A stretch of 64,000 nucleotides of DNA, taken from Trypanosoma brucei (taxonomy: Eukaryota). Of the stretch, positions 54,066 to 64,000 are shown piece after piece. A program made the translations under genes and the position numbers. The DNA lies in the NCBI GenBank assembly GCA_000002445.1, contig CM000208.1, forward strand, positions 2,432,001 through 2,496,000, read 5' to 3'. Within the stretch, counting starts at the first letter, position 1. Each line of letters opens with the position of its first letter. A model generated the notes under the pieces. That model did not search any database and was not told the DNA's origin. It saw nothing but the letters and a program-made list of their open reading frames with translations.

Positions 54066-57000
54066 CTACACCTTGCGACCCGAGTGATTAACGAAGGTTG
54101 CGCGGTTAGTCGTAACATACATCGAAGGGTCCACATGACGGACCTGTACTGCAGGTTTCCCAATGGGACGAGGAGGACATTGTACCTCAGGCCTGATAAA
54201 CCTGTTGCGGTATTCGCTGCTTACACCTTGCATAGAAATGCTTGACTGTTTAACAGTCGGAGCAGCCTTTGGCATATAAGGTTTGCTGGCACCGTGTGCC
54301 TTGAAATCTCTATGCGCGGTACTCACGTACATATCAGCATCTACATGACAAGGGCAGGAATAACCAACATTAGGGGCCTTTTTCCACTTTGACACACGTA
54401 CTCCGTTACCAGTTGGTTGATCGCCCACAGCCGCAGCAGCACACTCAGTAGTAGCTGCAACAGCCGCAGCAGCACCTCCATTACTCTCCCCACTTGCGAC
54501 ACACTTCATATCAGTGGAGACATCAACCTTCTTTGATGTCACACCACCATCACTTTTACCTTTCACGACCTTCTTAACAACAATAGCATCAGCTACAGAT
54601 GAAGCAGTAAAGCTATGCCTCTTAGATATAACAGATTCATCACCAAAGGAAGACTCCCTACACGAACTCTTATAACAAGAAGAATCATAGCGACAATACG
54701 AATCCTTTGCAGTTGTCCTAAAGTGGCCATCATCACCACCGCGACTTGACACTTTCACAACTTCCTCACGGAGCACATCACGCTTATATGCGGCAGGGTC
54801 AATTGGTGCATACGATTCTGCAGTGGTTGAGCGGAAGTGACTGGGATCAACATGACGAGGGCCCGTTGCCTCCTCTTCCTCACGGAGCACATCACGCTTA
54901 TATGCGGCAGGGTCAATTGGCGCATACGATTCTGCAGTGGTTGAGCGGAAGTGACTGGGATCAACATGACGAGGGCCCGTTGCCTCCTCTTCCTCACGGA
55001 GCACATCACGCTTATATGCGGCAGGGTCAATTGGCGCATACGATTCTGCAGTGGTTGAGCGGAAGTGACTGGGATCAACATGACGAGGGCCCGTTACCTC
55101 CTCTTCCTCACGGAGCACATCACGCTTATATGCGGCAGGGTCAATTGGCGCATACGATTCTGCAGTGGTTGAGCGGAAGTGACTGGGATCAACATGACGA
55201 GGGCCCGTTACCTCCTCTTCCTCACGGAGCACATCACGCTTATATGCGGCAGGGTCAATTGGTGCATACGATTCTGCAGTGGTTGAGCGGAAGTGACTGG
55301 GATCAACATGACGAGGGCCCGTTACCTCCTCTTCCTCACGGAGCACATCACGCTTATATGCGGCAGGGTCAATTGGTGCATGCGATTCTGCAGTGGTTGA
55401 GCGGAAGTGACTGGGGTCAACATGACGAGGGCCCGTTACCTCCTCTTCCTCACGGAGCACATCACGCTTATATGCGGCAGGGTCAATTGGCGCATACGAT
55501 TCTGCAGTGGTTGAGCGGAAGTGACTGGGGTCAACATGACGAGGGCCCGTTACCTCCTCTTCCTCACGGAGCACATCACGCTTATATGCGGCAGGGTCAA
55601 TTGGCGCATACGATTCTGCAGTGGTTGAGCGGAAGTGACTGGGGTCAACATGACGAGGGCCCGTTACCTCCTCTTCCTCACGGAGCACATCACGCTTATA
55701 TGCGGCAGGGTCAATTGGTGCATACGATTCTGCAGTGGTTGAGCGGAAGTGACTGGGGTCAACATGACGAGGGCCCGTTACCTCCTCTTCCTCACGGAGC
55801 ACATCACGCTTATATGCGGCAGGGTCAATTGGCGCATACGATTCTGCAGTGGTTGAGCGGAAGTGACTGGGGTCAACATGACGAGGGCCCGTTACCTCCT
55901 CTTCCTCACGGAGCACATCACGCTTATATGCGGCAGGGTCAATTGGCGCATACGATTCTGCAGTGGTTGAGCGGAAGTGACTGGGGTCAACATGACGAGG
56001 GCCCGTTACCTCCTCTTCCTCACGGAGCACATCACGCTTATATGCGGCAGGGTCAATTGGCGCATACGATTCTGCAGTGGTTGAGCGGAAGTGACTGGGA
56101 TCAACATGACGAGGGCCCGTTGCCTCCTCTTCCTCACGGAGCACATCACGCTTATATGCGGCAGGGTCAATTGGCGCATACGATTCTGCAGTGGTTGAGC
56201 GGAAGTGACTGGGATCAACATGACGAGGGCCCGTTACCTCCTCTTCCTCACGGAGCACATCACGCTTATATGCGGCAGGGTCAATTGGCGCATACGATTC
56301 TGCAGTGGTTGAGCGGAAGTGACTGGGGTCAACATGACGAGGGCCCGTTACCTCCTCTTCCTCACGGAGCACATCACGCTTATATGCGGCAGGGTCAATT
56401 GGCGCATACGATTCTGCAGTGGTTGAGCGGAAGTGACTGGGATCAACATGACGAGGGCCCGTTACCTCCTCTTCCTCACGGAGCACATCACGCTTATATG
56501 CGGCAGGGTCAATTGGCGCATACGATTCTGCAGTGGTTGAGCGGAAGTGACTGGGATCAACATGACGAGGGCCCGTTACCTCCTCTTCCTCACGGAGCAC
56601 ATCACGCTTATATGCGGCAGGGTCAATTGGCGCATACGATTCTGCAGTGGTTGAGCGGAAGTGACTGGGATCAACATGACGAGGGCCCGTTACCTCCTCT
56701 TCCTCACGGAGCACATCACGCTTATATGCGGCAGGGTCAATTGGTGCATACGATTCTGCAGTGGTTGAGCGGAAGTGACTGGGGTCAACATGACGAGGGC
56801 CCGTTACCTCCTCTTCCTCACGGAGCACATCACGCTTATATGCGGCAGGGTCAATTGGTGCATACGATTCTGCAGTGGTTGAGCGGAAGTGACTGGGGTC
56901 AACATGACGAGGGCCCGTTACCTCCTCTTCCTCACGGAGCACATCACGCTTATATGCGGCAGGGTCAATTGGCGCATACGATTCTGCAGTGGTTGAGCGG

Positions 57001-60000
57001 AAGTGACTGGGGTCAACATGACGAGGGCCCGTTACCTCCTCTTCCTCACGGAGCACATCACGCTTATATGCGGCAGGGTCAATTGGCGCATACGATTCTG
57101 CAGTGGTTGAGCGGAAGTGACTGGGGTCAACATGACGAGGGCCCGTTACCTCCTCTTCCTCACGGAGCACATCACGCTTATATGCGGCAGGGTCAATTGG
57201 TGCATACGATTCTGCAGTGGTTGAGCGGAAGTGACTGGGGTCAACATGACGAGGGCCCGTTACCTCCTCTTCCTCACGGAGCACATCACGCTTATATGCG
57301 GCAGGGTCAATTGGCGCATACGATTCTGCAGTGGTTGAGCGGAAGTGACTGGGATCAACATGACGAGGGCCCGTTACCTCCTCTTCCTCACGGAGCACAT
57401 CACGCTTATATGCGGCAGGGTCAATTGGCGCATACGATTCTGCAGTGGTTGAGCGGAAGTGACTGGGATCAACATGACGAGGGCCCGTTGCCTCCTCTTC
57501 CTCACGGAGCACATCACGCTTATATGCGGCAGGGTCAATTGGCGCATACGATTCTGCAGTGGTTGAGCGGAAGTGACTGGGATCAACATGACGAGGGCCC
57601 GTTACCTCCTCTTCCTCACGGAGCACATCACGCTTATATGCGGCAGGGTCAATTGGCGCATACGATTCTGCAGTGGTTGAGCGGAAGTGACTGGGGTCAA
57701 CATGACGAGGGCCCGTTACCTCCTCTTCCTCACGGAGCACATCACGCTTATATGCGGCAGGGTCAATTGGTGCATACGATTCTGCAGTGGTTGAGCGGAA
57801 GTGACTGGGATCAACATGACGAGGGCCCGTTACCTCCTCTTCCTCACGGAGCACATCACGCTTATATGCGGCAGGGTCAATTGGTGCATACGATTCTGCA
57901 GTGGTTGAGCGGAAGTGACTGGGATCAACATGACGAGGGCCCGTTACCTCCTCTTCCTCACGGAGCACATCACGCTTATATGCGGCAGGGTCAATTGGTG
58001 CATACGATTCTGCAGTGGTTGAGCGGAAGTGACTGGGGTCAACATGACGAGGGCCCGTTACCTCCTCTTCCTCACGGAGCACATCACGCTTATATGCGGC
58101 AGGGTCAATTGGCGCATACGATTCTGCAGTGGTTGAGCGGAAGTGACTGGGATCAACATGACGAGGGCCCGTTACCTCCTCTTCCTCACGGAGCACATCA
58201 CGCTTATATGCGGCAGGGTCAATTGGTGCATACGATTCTGCAGTGGTTGAGCGGAAGTGACTGGGGTCAACATGACGAGGGCCCGTTACCTCCTCTTCCT
58301 CACGGAGCACATCACGCTTATATGCGGCAGGGTCAATTGGCGCATACGATTCTGCAGTGGTTGAGCGGAAGTGACTGGGGTCAACATGACGAGGGCCCGT
58401 TACCTCCTCTTCCTCACGGAGCACATCACGCTTATATGCGGCAGGGTCAATTGGCGCATACGATTCTGCAGTGGTTGAGCGGAAGTGACTGGGATCAACA
58501 TGACGAGGGCCCGTTACCTCCTCTTCCTCACGGAGCACATCACGCTTATATGCGGCAGGGTCAATTGGCGCATACGATTCTGCAGTGGTTGAGCGGAAGT
58601 GACTGGGATCAACATGACGAGGGCCCGTTACCTCCTCTTCCTCACGGAGCACATCACGCTTATATGCGGCAGGGTCAATTGGCGCATACGATTCTGCAGT
58701 GGTTGAGCGGAAGTGACTGGGGTCAACATGACGAGGGCCCGTTACCTCCTCTTCCTCACGGAGCACATCACGCTTATATGCGGCAGGGTCAATTGGCGCA
58801 TACGATTCTGCAGTGGTTGAGCGGAAGTGACTGGGGTCAACATGACGAGGGCCCGTTACCTCCTCTTCCTCACGGAGCACATCACGCTTATATGCGGCAG
58901 GGTCAATTGGCGCATACGATTCTGCAGTGGTTGAGCGGAAGTGACTGGGGTCAACATGACGAGGGCCCGTTACCTCCTCTTCCTCACGGAGCACATCACG
59001 CTTATATGCGGCAGGGTCAATTGGCGCATACGATTCTGCAGTGGTTGAGCGGAAGTGACTGGGATCAACATGACGAGGGCCCGTTACCTCCTCTTCCTCA
59101 CGGAGCACATCACGCTTATATGCGGCAGGGTCAATTGGCGCATACGATTCTGCAGTGGTTGAGCGGAAGTGACTGGGGTCAACATGACGAGGGCCCGTTA
59201 CCTCCTCTTCCTCACGGAGCACATCACGCTTATATGCGGCAGGGTCAATTGGCGCATACGATTCTGCAGTGGTTGAGCGGAAGTGACTGGGATCAACATG
59301 ACGAGGGCCCGTTACCTCCTCTTCCTCACGGAGCACATCACGCTTATATGCGGCAGGGTCAATTGGTGCATACGATTCTGCAGTGGTTGAGCGGAAGTGA
59401 CTGGGGTCAACATGACGAGGGCCCGTTGCCTCCTCTTCCTCACGGAGCACATCACGCTTATATGCGGCAGGGTCAATTGGCGCATACGATTCTGCAGTGG
59501 TTGAGCGGAAGTGACTGGGATCAACATGACGAGGGCCCGTTGCCTCCTCTTCCTCACGGAGCACATCACGCTTATATGCGGCAGGGTCAATTGGTGCATA
59601 CGATTCTGCAGTGGTTGAGCGGAAGTGACTGGGATCAACATGACGAGGGCCCGTTACCTCCTCTTCCTCACGGAGCACATCACGCTTATATGCGGCAGGG
59701 TCAATTGGTGCATACGATTCTGCAGTGGTTGAGCGGAAGTGACTGGGGTCAACATGACGAGGGCCCGTTACCTCCTCTTCCTCACGGAGCACATCACGCT
59801 TATATGCGGCAGGGTCAATTGGTGCATACGATTCTGCAGTGGTTGAGCGGAAGTGACTGGGGTCAACATGACGAGGGCCCGTTACCTCCTCTTCCTTACG
59901 GAGCACATCACGCTTATATGCGGCAGGGTCAATTGGTGCATACGATTCTGCAGTGGTTGAGCGGAAGTGACTGGGGTCAACATGACGAGGGCCCGTTACC

Positions 60001-60839
60001 TCCTCTTCCTCACGGAGCACATCACGCTTATATGCGGCAGGGTCAATTGGTGCATACGATTCTGCAGTGGTTGAGCGGAAGTGACTGGGATCAACATGAC
60101 GAGGGCCCGTTACCTCCTCTTCCTCACGGAGCACATCACGCTTATATGCGGCAGGGTCAATTGGTGCATACGATTCTGCAGTGGTTGAGCGGAAGTGACT
60201 GGGGTCAACATGACGAGGGCCCGTTACCTCCTCTTCCTCACGGAGCACATCACGCTTATATGCGGCAGGGTCAATTGGTGCATACGATTCTGCAGTGGTT
60301 GAGCGGAAGTGACTGGGGTCAACATGACGAGGGCCCGTTACCTCCTCTTCCTCACGGAGCACATCACGCTTATATGCGGCAGGGTCAATTGGTGCATACG
60401 ATTCTGCAGTGGTTGAGCGGAAGTGACTGGGATCAACATGACGAGGGCCCGTTACCTCCTCTTCCTCACGGAGCATATCACGCTTATATGCGGCAGGGTC
60501 AATTGGTGCATACGATTCTGCAGTGGTTGAGCGGAAGTGACTGGGATCAACATGACGAGGGCCCGTTACCTCCTCTTCCTCACGGAGCATATCACGCTTA
60601 TATGCGGCAGGGTCAATTGGTGCATACGATTCTTTCATTGTGGAAAGTATTTCTTTATAATTTTGTTTATTTGCTTTTTGTTGTTTCATATAAAGGTTTT
60701 CAGTATTGTGCGGCAAACTTTTTTTTTTGTTTTTTATGTCGATGCAATCGTAGACCTCTGCTCTTTCTTTATCTCTTTGTGGATATGGTTGCGGATCATT
60801 CCACTTATAGTCTGCTTCTAATCCCTTTGTGCCAGGCAT
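54066..60839 (-). CDS. MARP: microtubule-associated repetitive protein (MARP-type). Has N- and C-terminal unique domains flanking about 51 tandem 38-aa repeats.
   Basis: 2,257-aa ATG-initiated ORF. Repeat unit 'SYAPIDPAAYKRDVLREEEEVTGPRHVDPSHFRSTTAE' (38 aa, 114 bp) reiterated almost identically. Ordinary unique N- and C-terminal sequences. The 38-aa periodicity is the hallmark of trypanosome MARP/MAP. Confidence 0.85.
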   Translation of the reverse strand: MPGTKGLEADYKWNDPQPYPQRDKERAEVYDCIDIKNKKKSLPHNTENLYMKQQKANKQNYKEILSTMKESYAPIDPAAYKRDMLREEEEVTGPRHVDPSHFRSTTAESYAPIDPAAYKRDMLREEEEVTGPRHVDPSHFRSTTAESYAPIDPAAYKRDVLREEEEVTGPRHVDPSHFRSTTAESYAPIDPAAYKRDVLREEEEVTGPRHVDPSHFRSTTAESYAPIDPAAYKRDVLREEEEVTGPRHVDPSHFRSTTAESYAPIDPAAYKRDVLREEEEVTGPRHVDPSHFRSTTAESYAPIDPAAYKRDVLRKEEEVTGPRHVDPSHFRSTTAESYAPIDPAAYKRDVLREEEEVTGPRHVDPSHFRSTTAESYAPIDPAAYKRDVLREEEEVTGPRHVDPSHFRSTTAESYAPIDPAAYKRDVLREEEEATGPRHVDPSHFRSTTAESYAPIDPAAYKRDVLREEEEATGPRHVDPSHFRSTTAESYAPIDPAAYKRDVLREEEEVTGPRHVDPSHFRSTTAESYAPIDPAAYKRDVLREEEEVTGPRHVDPSHFRSTTAESYAPIDPAAYKRDVLREEEEVTGPRHVDPSHFRSTTAESYAPIDPAAYKRDVLREEEEVTGPRHVDPSHFRSTTAESYAPIDPAAYKRDVLREEEEVTGPRHVDPSHFRSTTAESYAPIDPAAYKRDVLREEEEVTGPRHVDPSHFRSTTAESYAPIDPAAYKRDVLREEEEVTGPRHVDPSHFRSTTAESYAPIDPAAYKRDVLREEEEVTGPRHVDPSHFRSTTAESYAPIDPAAYKRDVLREEEEVTGPRHVDPSHFRSTTAESYAPIDPAAYKRDVLREEEEVTGPRHVDPSHFRSTTAESYAPIDPAAYKRDVLREEEEVTGPRHVDPSHFRSTTAESYAPIDPAAYKRDVLREEEEVTGPRHVDPSHFRSTTAESYAPIDPAAYKRDVLREEEEVTGPRHVDPSHFRSTTAESYAPIDPAAYKRDVLREEEEVTGPRHVDPSHFRSTTAESYAPIDPAAYKRDVLREEEEVTGPRHVDPSHFRSTTAESYAPIDPAAYKRDVLREEEEVTGPRHVDPSHFRSTTAESYAPIDPAAYKRDVLREEEEATGPRHVDPSHFRSTTAESYAPIDPAAYKRDVLREEEEVTGPRHVDPSHFRSTTAESYAPIDPAAYKRDVLREEEEVTGPRHVDPSHFRSTTAESYAPIDPAAYKRDVLREEEEVTGPRHVDPSHFRSTTAESYAPIDPAAYKRDVLREEEEVTGPRHVDPSHFRSTTAESYAPIDPAAYKRDVLREEEEVTGPRHVDPSHFRSTTAESYAPIDPAAYKRDVLREEEEVTGPRHVDPSHFRSTTAESYAPIDPAAYKRDVLREEEEVTGPRHVDPSHFRSTTAESYAPIDPAAYKRDVLREEEEVTGPRHVDPSHFRSTTAESYAPIDPAAYKRDVLREEEEVTGPRHVDPSHFRSTTAESYAPIDPAAYKRDVLREEEEVTGPRHVDPSHFRSTTAESYAPIDPAAYKRDVLREEEEVTGPRHVDPSHFRSTTAESYAPIDPAAYKRDVLREEEEATGPRHVDPSHFRSTTAESYAPIDPAAYKRDVLREEEEVTGPRHVDPSHFRSTTAESYAPIDPAAYKRDVLREEEEVTGPRHVDPSHFRSTTAESYAPIDPAAYKRDVLREEEEVTGPRHVDPSHFRSTTAESYAPIDPAAYKRDVLREEEEVTGPRHVDPSHFRSTTAESYAPIDPAAYKRDVLREEEEVTGPRHVDPSHFRSTTAESYAPIDPAAYKRDVLREEEEVTGPRHVDPSHFRSTTAESHAPIDPAAYKRDVLREEEEVTGPRHVDPSHFRSTTAESYAPIDPAAYKRDVLREEEEVTGPRHVDPSHFRSTTAESYAPIDPAAYKRDVLREEEEVTGPRHVDPSHFRSTTAESYAPIDPAAYKRDVLREEEEATGPRHVDPSHFRSTTAESYAPIDPAAYKRDVLREEEEATGPRHVDPSHFRSTTAESYAPIDPAAYKRDVLREEVVKVSSRGGDDGHFRTTAKDSYCRYDSSCYKSSCRESSFGDESVISKRHSFTASSVADAIVVKKVVKGKSDGGVTSKKVDVSTDMKCVASGESNGGAAAAVAATTECAAAAVGDQPTGNGVRVSKWKKAPNVGYSCPCHVDADMYVSTAHRDFKAHGASKPYMPKAAPTVKQSSISMQGVSSEYRNRFIRPEVQCPPRPIGKPAVQVRHVDPSMYVTTNRATFVNHSGRKV
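54765..60632. repeat. 114-bp tandem repeat array, about 51.5 units, at least 97% identical
   Basis: Unit '...cctcttcctcacggagcacatcacgcttatatgcggcagggtcaattgg[c/t]gcatacgattctgcagtggttgagcggaagtgactggg[a/g]tcaacatgacgagggcccgtt[a/g]cct...' read continuously. Most variants are synonymous; V/A and M/V substitutions are rare. Confidence 0.95.
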
Positions 60840-61169
60840 CCTTCCTTTGGTATTTTTGATTCCTATTTATTGTAAGTAGTTTTTACACTTATATTTCTGA
60901 AGGTAAGATGCTTCTTTTTCTTAGGTGATTTATGGATATTGAGTAGAGAAATTATATCCTGCAGAGGGGTGTGTGGTAAATTATCTTACAGCGAATATTC
61001 TAATTTTTTTTCATCATTTGGGGTTGAGTTAGCGGATATTAAGGTATACTTTTGGTGTTCAGTCATCACAGTTCCTTGTGGAAGGTGTTACTCATGCAAA
61101 TACACGTGACGTTAGGCGTTTGAGAAACTGCCTCCTTTTCTACATCTACTGACTGGCAACCGCTGGTCG

Positions 61170-61718
61170 TTACATTTGGGTTCTCGCGCCACAGTTCCTT
61201 CCCGCGGACAACTGTCTTTGCACGTGGTGGTTTAAAATGGTGACATCCATAGCAGACTTTGTTGTGCGAAATCGGTCAACCATGGCATCATCTACTGTTG
61301 GTTGGTTTACTGGTTTGGACAGTTTCCCAGTTAGTGCAAAGCGGTCTACGCCGCTGAGCGTGTTTAACGGTTTGCAATGGTGCTTTGGCTTCCCATACCT
61401 GCTATCAATCAGGTATCGCTGTGTGGCGCCATAGTCTTTGCTTGTTGCCACCACTTCATCGACTGTTGGTAGGCCGCTTCCAAATATAAGGCTCTTCCCG
61501 AGTCCACGCTGCCGCAACATCGGCCGGACAGCTGTAACACATGGGGTAGAGTAATCAGCCTTATAAACTGAGGACGGCAGCGGAGATTGGCCGTCTACTG
61601 CGATCGTGAATTTGCCATGCGCCTCATTGATGCGTGCGTCGAACCAGTTATCTACGAGGACACCGCTGTTGTAATGGTTGTCAAAACATGGAAGAACTCG
61701 CTTGTCCCCGGTGTGCAT
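61170..61718 (-). CDS. hypothetical protein (182 aa)
   Basis: Listed start 61742 is GTG; the first ATG is at 61718. It is preceded on the minus strand by a polyY tract ('tttttttcttctctcaccattccctttg') plus AG. Composition is protein-like; no domain recognised. Confidence 0.35.
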   Translation of the reverse strand: MHTGDKRVLPCFDNHYNSGVLVDNWFDARINEAHGKFTIAVDGQSPLPSSVYKADYSTPCVTAVRPMLRQRGLGKSLIFGSGLPTVDEVVATSKDYGATQRYLIDSRYGKPKHHCKPLNTLSGVDRFALTGKLSKPVNQPTVDDAMVDRFRTTKSAMDVTILNHHVQRQLSAGRNCGARTQM

Positions 61719-62374
61719 GCTGGCGCCTGCAACCGATTCCACTCACCCCAGAGCTTTGTGCTGCCTAGCACTGAGGATTCACCTAAATTACAGTGCAATC
61801 GGCTCAGTCACATGGTGTAACACGAGTGTGGTTGCGGTTCAAAGGGAATGGTGAGAGAAGAAAAAAAGTGTAAAACCCCCGTCGAGGAGATCCCACAAGG
61901 GTGGAGAGAGGAAGGAGTGGCATGTAGCCAAACTACAGGCAAGGAATACACGCAAGGCGCCTTTAATCCAGGCGGAGGCAGTTGTATACCGTCAGCGGAA
62001 CTAAACCGGCCCCACTCAAGCAGTTGATAATAAAGAAGGCAGAAGGGGAATATTTAATTACGCCTGAGGGGATCTATTTCACCCTGTGAAACGCACTGGC
62101 GGTTATCACAACATATCAGTTGTAGGCCAAGCACGAGCATCCCCAGGCCACCGTCTGTACACTTCTTCGCGAAAAACTATTTCTTCGAAATACGGTCTTC
62201 CAACGGATTATGGAGGCTCATCCTTGGTATCCTTTTTCTGATCGTACGAGCGTACGCACATCATTTGATCGGTGTGGTTGAACTGCTTCCCAACCTTCAT
62301 TCATACCTCTTCGGTTTGCCTAATAACGAGGTGAAAAAAAAAAATTGTCCATTTTCCTTCGCCCGTGCAGTTCA

Positions 62375-63985
62375 TTAAGCCGGAAGAAAGTGTATGGCTA
62401 CCGAGGCATCAAATCCAGAAGAGAGCATGACCGGGGCAACGGCGGCCAAAGACCATCCCTTGGCGGACATACTCTGCATAACAGAAAGTGCAAAAACCCA
62501 GCACTCCTTCGCATTACCAAAGTCCCCCGCCGTAGCCAACAACAGACTAATGGCGGGAGGCAGGTTTGCCTTAGTCCCAATTAGCGTTGGAGGGTGAAGA
62601 AGTAGTGCCATATACTTACTCATGTAGTGCGCAGATTCATCGAACTGCCGCTGCGACTTCACACAACTGTGCAGCGCATCCGCGATAAGACCTGAAACAG
62701 CACTCGGGGGATCCCTTGTGCAGCATGCAATTATTGCTAACACAGCACATGTTTGCTTCACGGAGCTCACGTGGCGGGACAAAGCGAATTCTGAGGCTAT
62801 TTGCCACACGGTCTCCCAGGAACCCGAAGAGAGCACAGCCGCAGCAATAGCAATAGGAAGGACCTGCGAAGTCCATTTCGGCGCCGCCTGAGCCACAGTG
62901 AGCGACATAAGCCAATTGCCCATTTTCCCCAAATCGTAAGCCATAGCAACCGCAAAGCGGTCGTTACAAGAAGGGGCGTGACGGTACGCTTCAACGCAAT
63001 TCCTCCATGTGGCGGCGAAGGGAACATGGCCCTCTAACAGAACAACATTCAACCACAAAGTGTACGTGTGGTTGTTTCTTGCAGACATTTTGGTGTACAT
63101 GGCAACCGCCTCCTTCCAAAGACCCCCCTTAGCTAAGGCAATAAGGACTTGATTTTGAACGGGAACGCACCGCTGCTCACTCAAAGGGGGCGAGAATGAT
63201 GACCTCTGATACAGGAAAAGGGAGCTTTCCCACTGGCATCCTTCGTTTAGAAGAGCCATTAGCCTTCCTAACGCCTGACACGAAATATTTTCAACCATAG
63301 GAATGACACCTCGTACTAATTCAACGGCCTGTCGCCACTGTTCCGTGGGGCAGTGCAAAAGATAATAATGGAGAGCACGCCTCGGCCAAGGCCTTCCAGT
63401 ATTACTGAATACGCGCACAAACTGGTTTACTTGTTCCCAGTTGAAGGGATCGCGCACGGCCTTCCATTGAAGCACATGTGCTGATAGCACGGCATTGCAC
63501 GTATCTTCATCGTATCCTACCATATTGTTTTCTTTAACGTGCGCGACAAGAGAGCAGGACCGGCGCCACCCCTGGCGTTGAACGGAAGCAACGCGCTCCA
63601 CTAGCTCCAGTAAATGCCCACGAGGTAAAACTTGTAACGCCTCCCGCCAATGACCGGAAGAGGTGAGCCCAACACTGAAATCAACCAAGGCATCATCTGT
63701 CAACGGAACTCCAACTCCCTGCACCTCCTTTAGAAGCAAGAGAGGAACCTCCACCCCAAGTTGAGATAACTGGGAAGACTGAAAAAGAAATCGATAGTGG
63801 TCCGCACGCAGGGGGATCCCCATAACCTGAGCCTCCACGACGCACTGCAGCTGTTCCAACGTCAGCATGTGTTGGCTGGCCTCCAAACCAGCCGCATCGT
63901 GTGCATGTGCCCGATCAGCGTCACCGTAGCATGCCAAAATAGTTTCGAGCGCCTGCGCCTTCTGCCCTGAAGTTCCATACCTCAT
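62375..63985 (-). CDS. helical-repeat protein, PPR-like. Possibly 5'-truncated by the window end, because the frame stays open upstream of the ATG to position 64000.
   Basis: 536-aa ORF with degenerate 35-aa helical hairpins ('GLWKEAVAMYTKMSARNNHTYTLWLNVVLLEGHVPFAATWRNCVEAY'). Confidence 0.5.
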   Translation of the reverse strand: MRYGTSGQKAQALETILACYGDADRAHAHDAAGLEASQHMLTLEQLQCVVEAQVMGIPLRADHYRFLFQSSQLSQLGVEVPLLLLKEVQGVGVPLTDDALVDFSVGLTSSGHWREALQVLPRGHLLELVERVASVQRQGWRRSCSLVAHVKENNMVGYDEDTCNAVLSAHVLQWKAVRDPFNWEQVNQFVRVFSNTGRPWPRRALHYYLLHCPTEQWRQAVELVRGVIPMVENISCQALGRLMALLNEGCQWESSLFLYQRSSFSPPLSEQRCVPVQNQVLIALAKGGLWKEAVAMYTKMSARNNHTYTLWLNVVLLEGHVPFAATWRNCVEAYRHAPSCNDRFAVAMAYDLGKMGNWLMSLTVAQAAPKWTSQVLPIAIAAAVLSSGSWETVWQIASEFALSRHVSSVKQTCAVLAIIACCTRDPPSAVSGLIADALHSCVKSQRQFDESAHYMSKYMALLLHPPTLIGTKANLPPAISLLLATAGDFGNAKECWVFALSVMQSMSAKGWSLAAVAPVMLSSGFDASVAIHFLPA

Positions 63986-64000
63986 TATTTCCCATCGTAA

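Noticed and set aside
54765-60632. Could the 114-bp array be a CRISPR-like or satellite element rather than coding?
   Set aside because: There are no unique spacers. The unit length is a multiple of 3 and keeps a single frame open for 6.8 kb with unique N- and C-terminal extensions. It is a coding minisatellite (MARP), in a eukaryotic genome.
54746-60859. 2,037-aa ORF on the plus strand, antisense to MARP
   Set aside because: It is the other-strand reading of the same 114-bp repeat; any frame of a perfect 114-bp (3x38) repeat stays open. The His/Gln/Pro-rich product has no independent start or flanking unique domains. The minus-strand reading has authentic unique termini.

Overview
This window looks like the Trypanosoma brucei EP/PAG1 procyclin locus and its flanks. 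The call rests on two near-perfect EP-procyclin ORFs and the known synteny of that locus; I could not run a database search.

Layout:
- Plus strand, about 1-39,400: roughly 17 closely spaced protein-coding genes, the architecture of a kinetoplastid Pol II polycistron. No intron signals were seen. Each gene is preceded by a polypyrimidine tract plus AG, the usual trans-splice acceptor.
- About 39.4-41.1 kb: an ORF-free convergent strand-switch region.
- Minus strand, about 64,000-41,086: a PPR-like helical-repeat gene, a small hypothetical gene, then a 2,257-aa MARP-type protein containing about 51 near-identical 114-bp (38-aa) tandem repeats.
- About 49.5-54.1 kb: a 4.5-kb interval with no convincing ORF. 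It contains a GC-rich island and a perfect 30-bp inverted repeat.
- Then EP1 procyclin (with an NGT sequon and about 28 EP dipeptides), EP2 procyclin (about 26 EP) and four ESAG6/7-related genes. Locus order assigns these as PAG1, PAG5, PAG2 and PAG4.

By established knowledge this minus-strand block is an RNA polymerase I unit, driven by a promoter just upstream of EP1. It converges on the plus-strand Pol II array.

Recognisable plus-strand products include a VPS9-domain Rab-GEF, a WDR55-like WD40 protein, a WD40/TBC (TBC1D31-like) protein, PIG-P (a GPI-GlcNAc transferase subunit), a tandem paralogue pair, an alpha/beta hydrolase, a PPR protein, PLRG1/PRP46 and an ESAG8/LRRP1-type leucine-rich-repeat protein.

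The supplied ORF track accepts TTG and GTG as start codons. Several listed starts are therefore not ATG, and I moved them to the first in-frame ATG that follows a polypyrimidine tract.

I see nothing that requires an undescribed system; this is a well-studied locus. The leads worth checking are the GC island with its inverted repeat upstream of the procyclin promoter, the Pol I/Pol II convergence zone, the block structure of the MARP repeat array, and a few uncharacterised genes.
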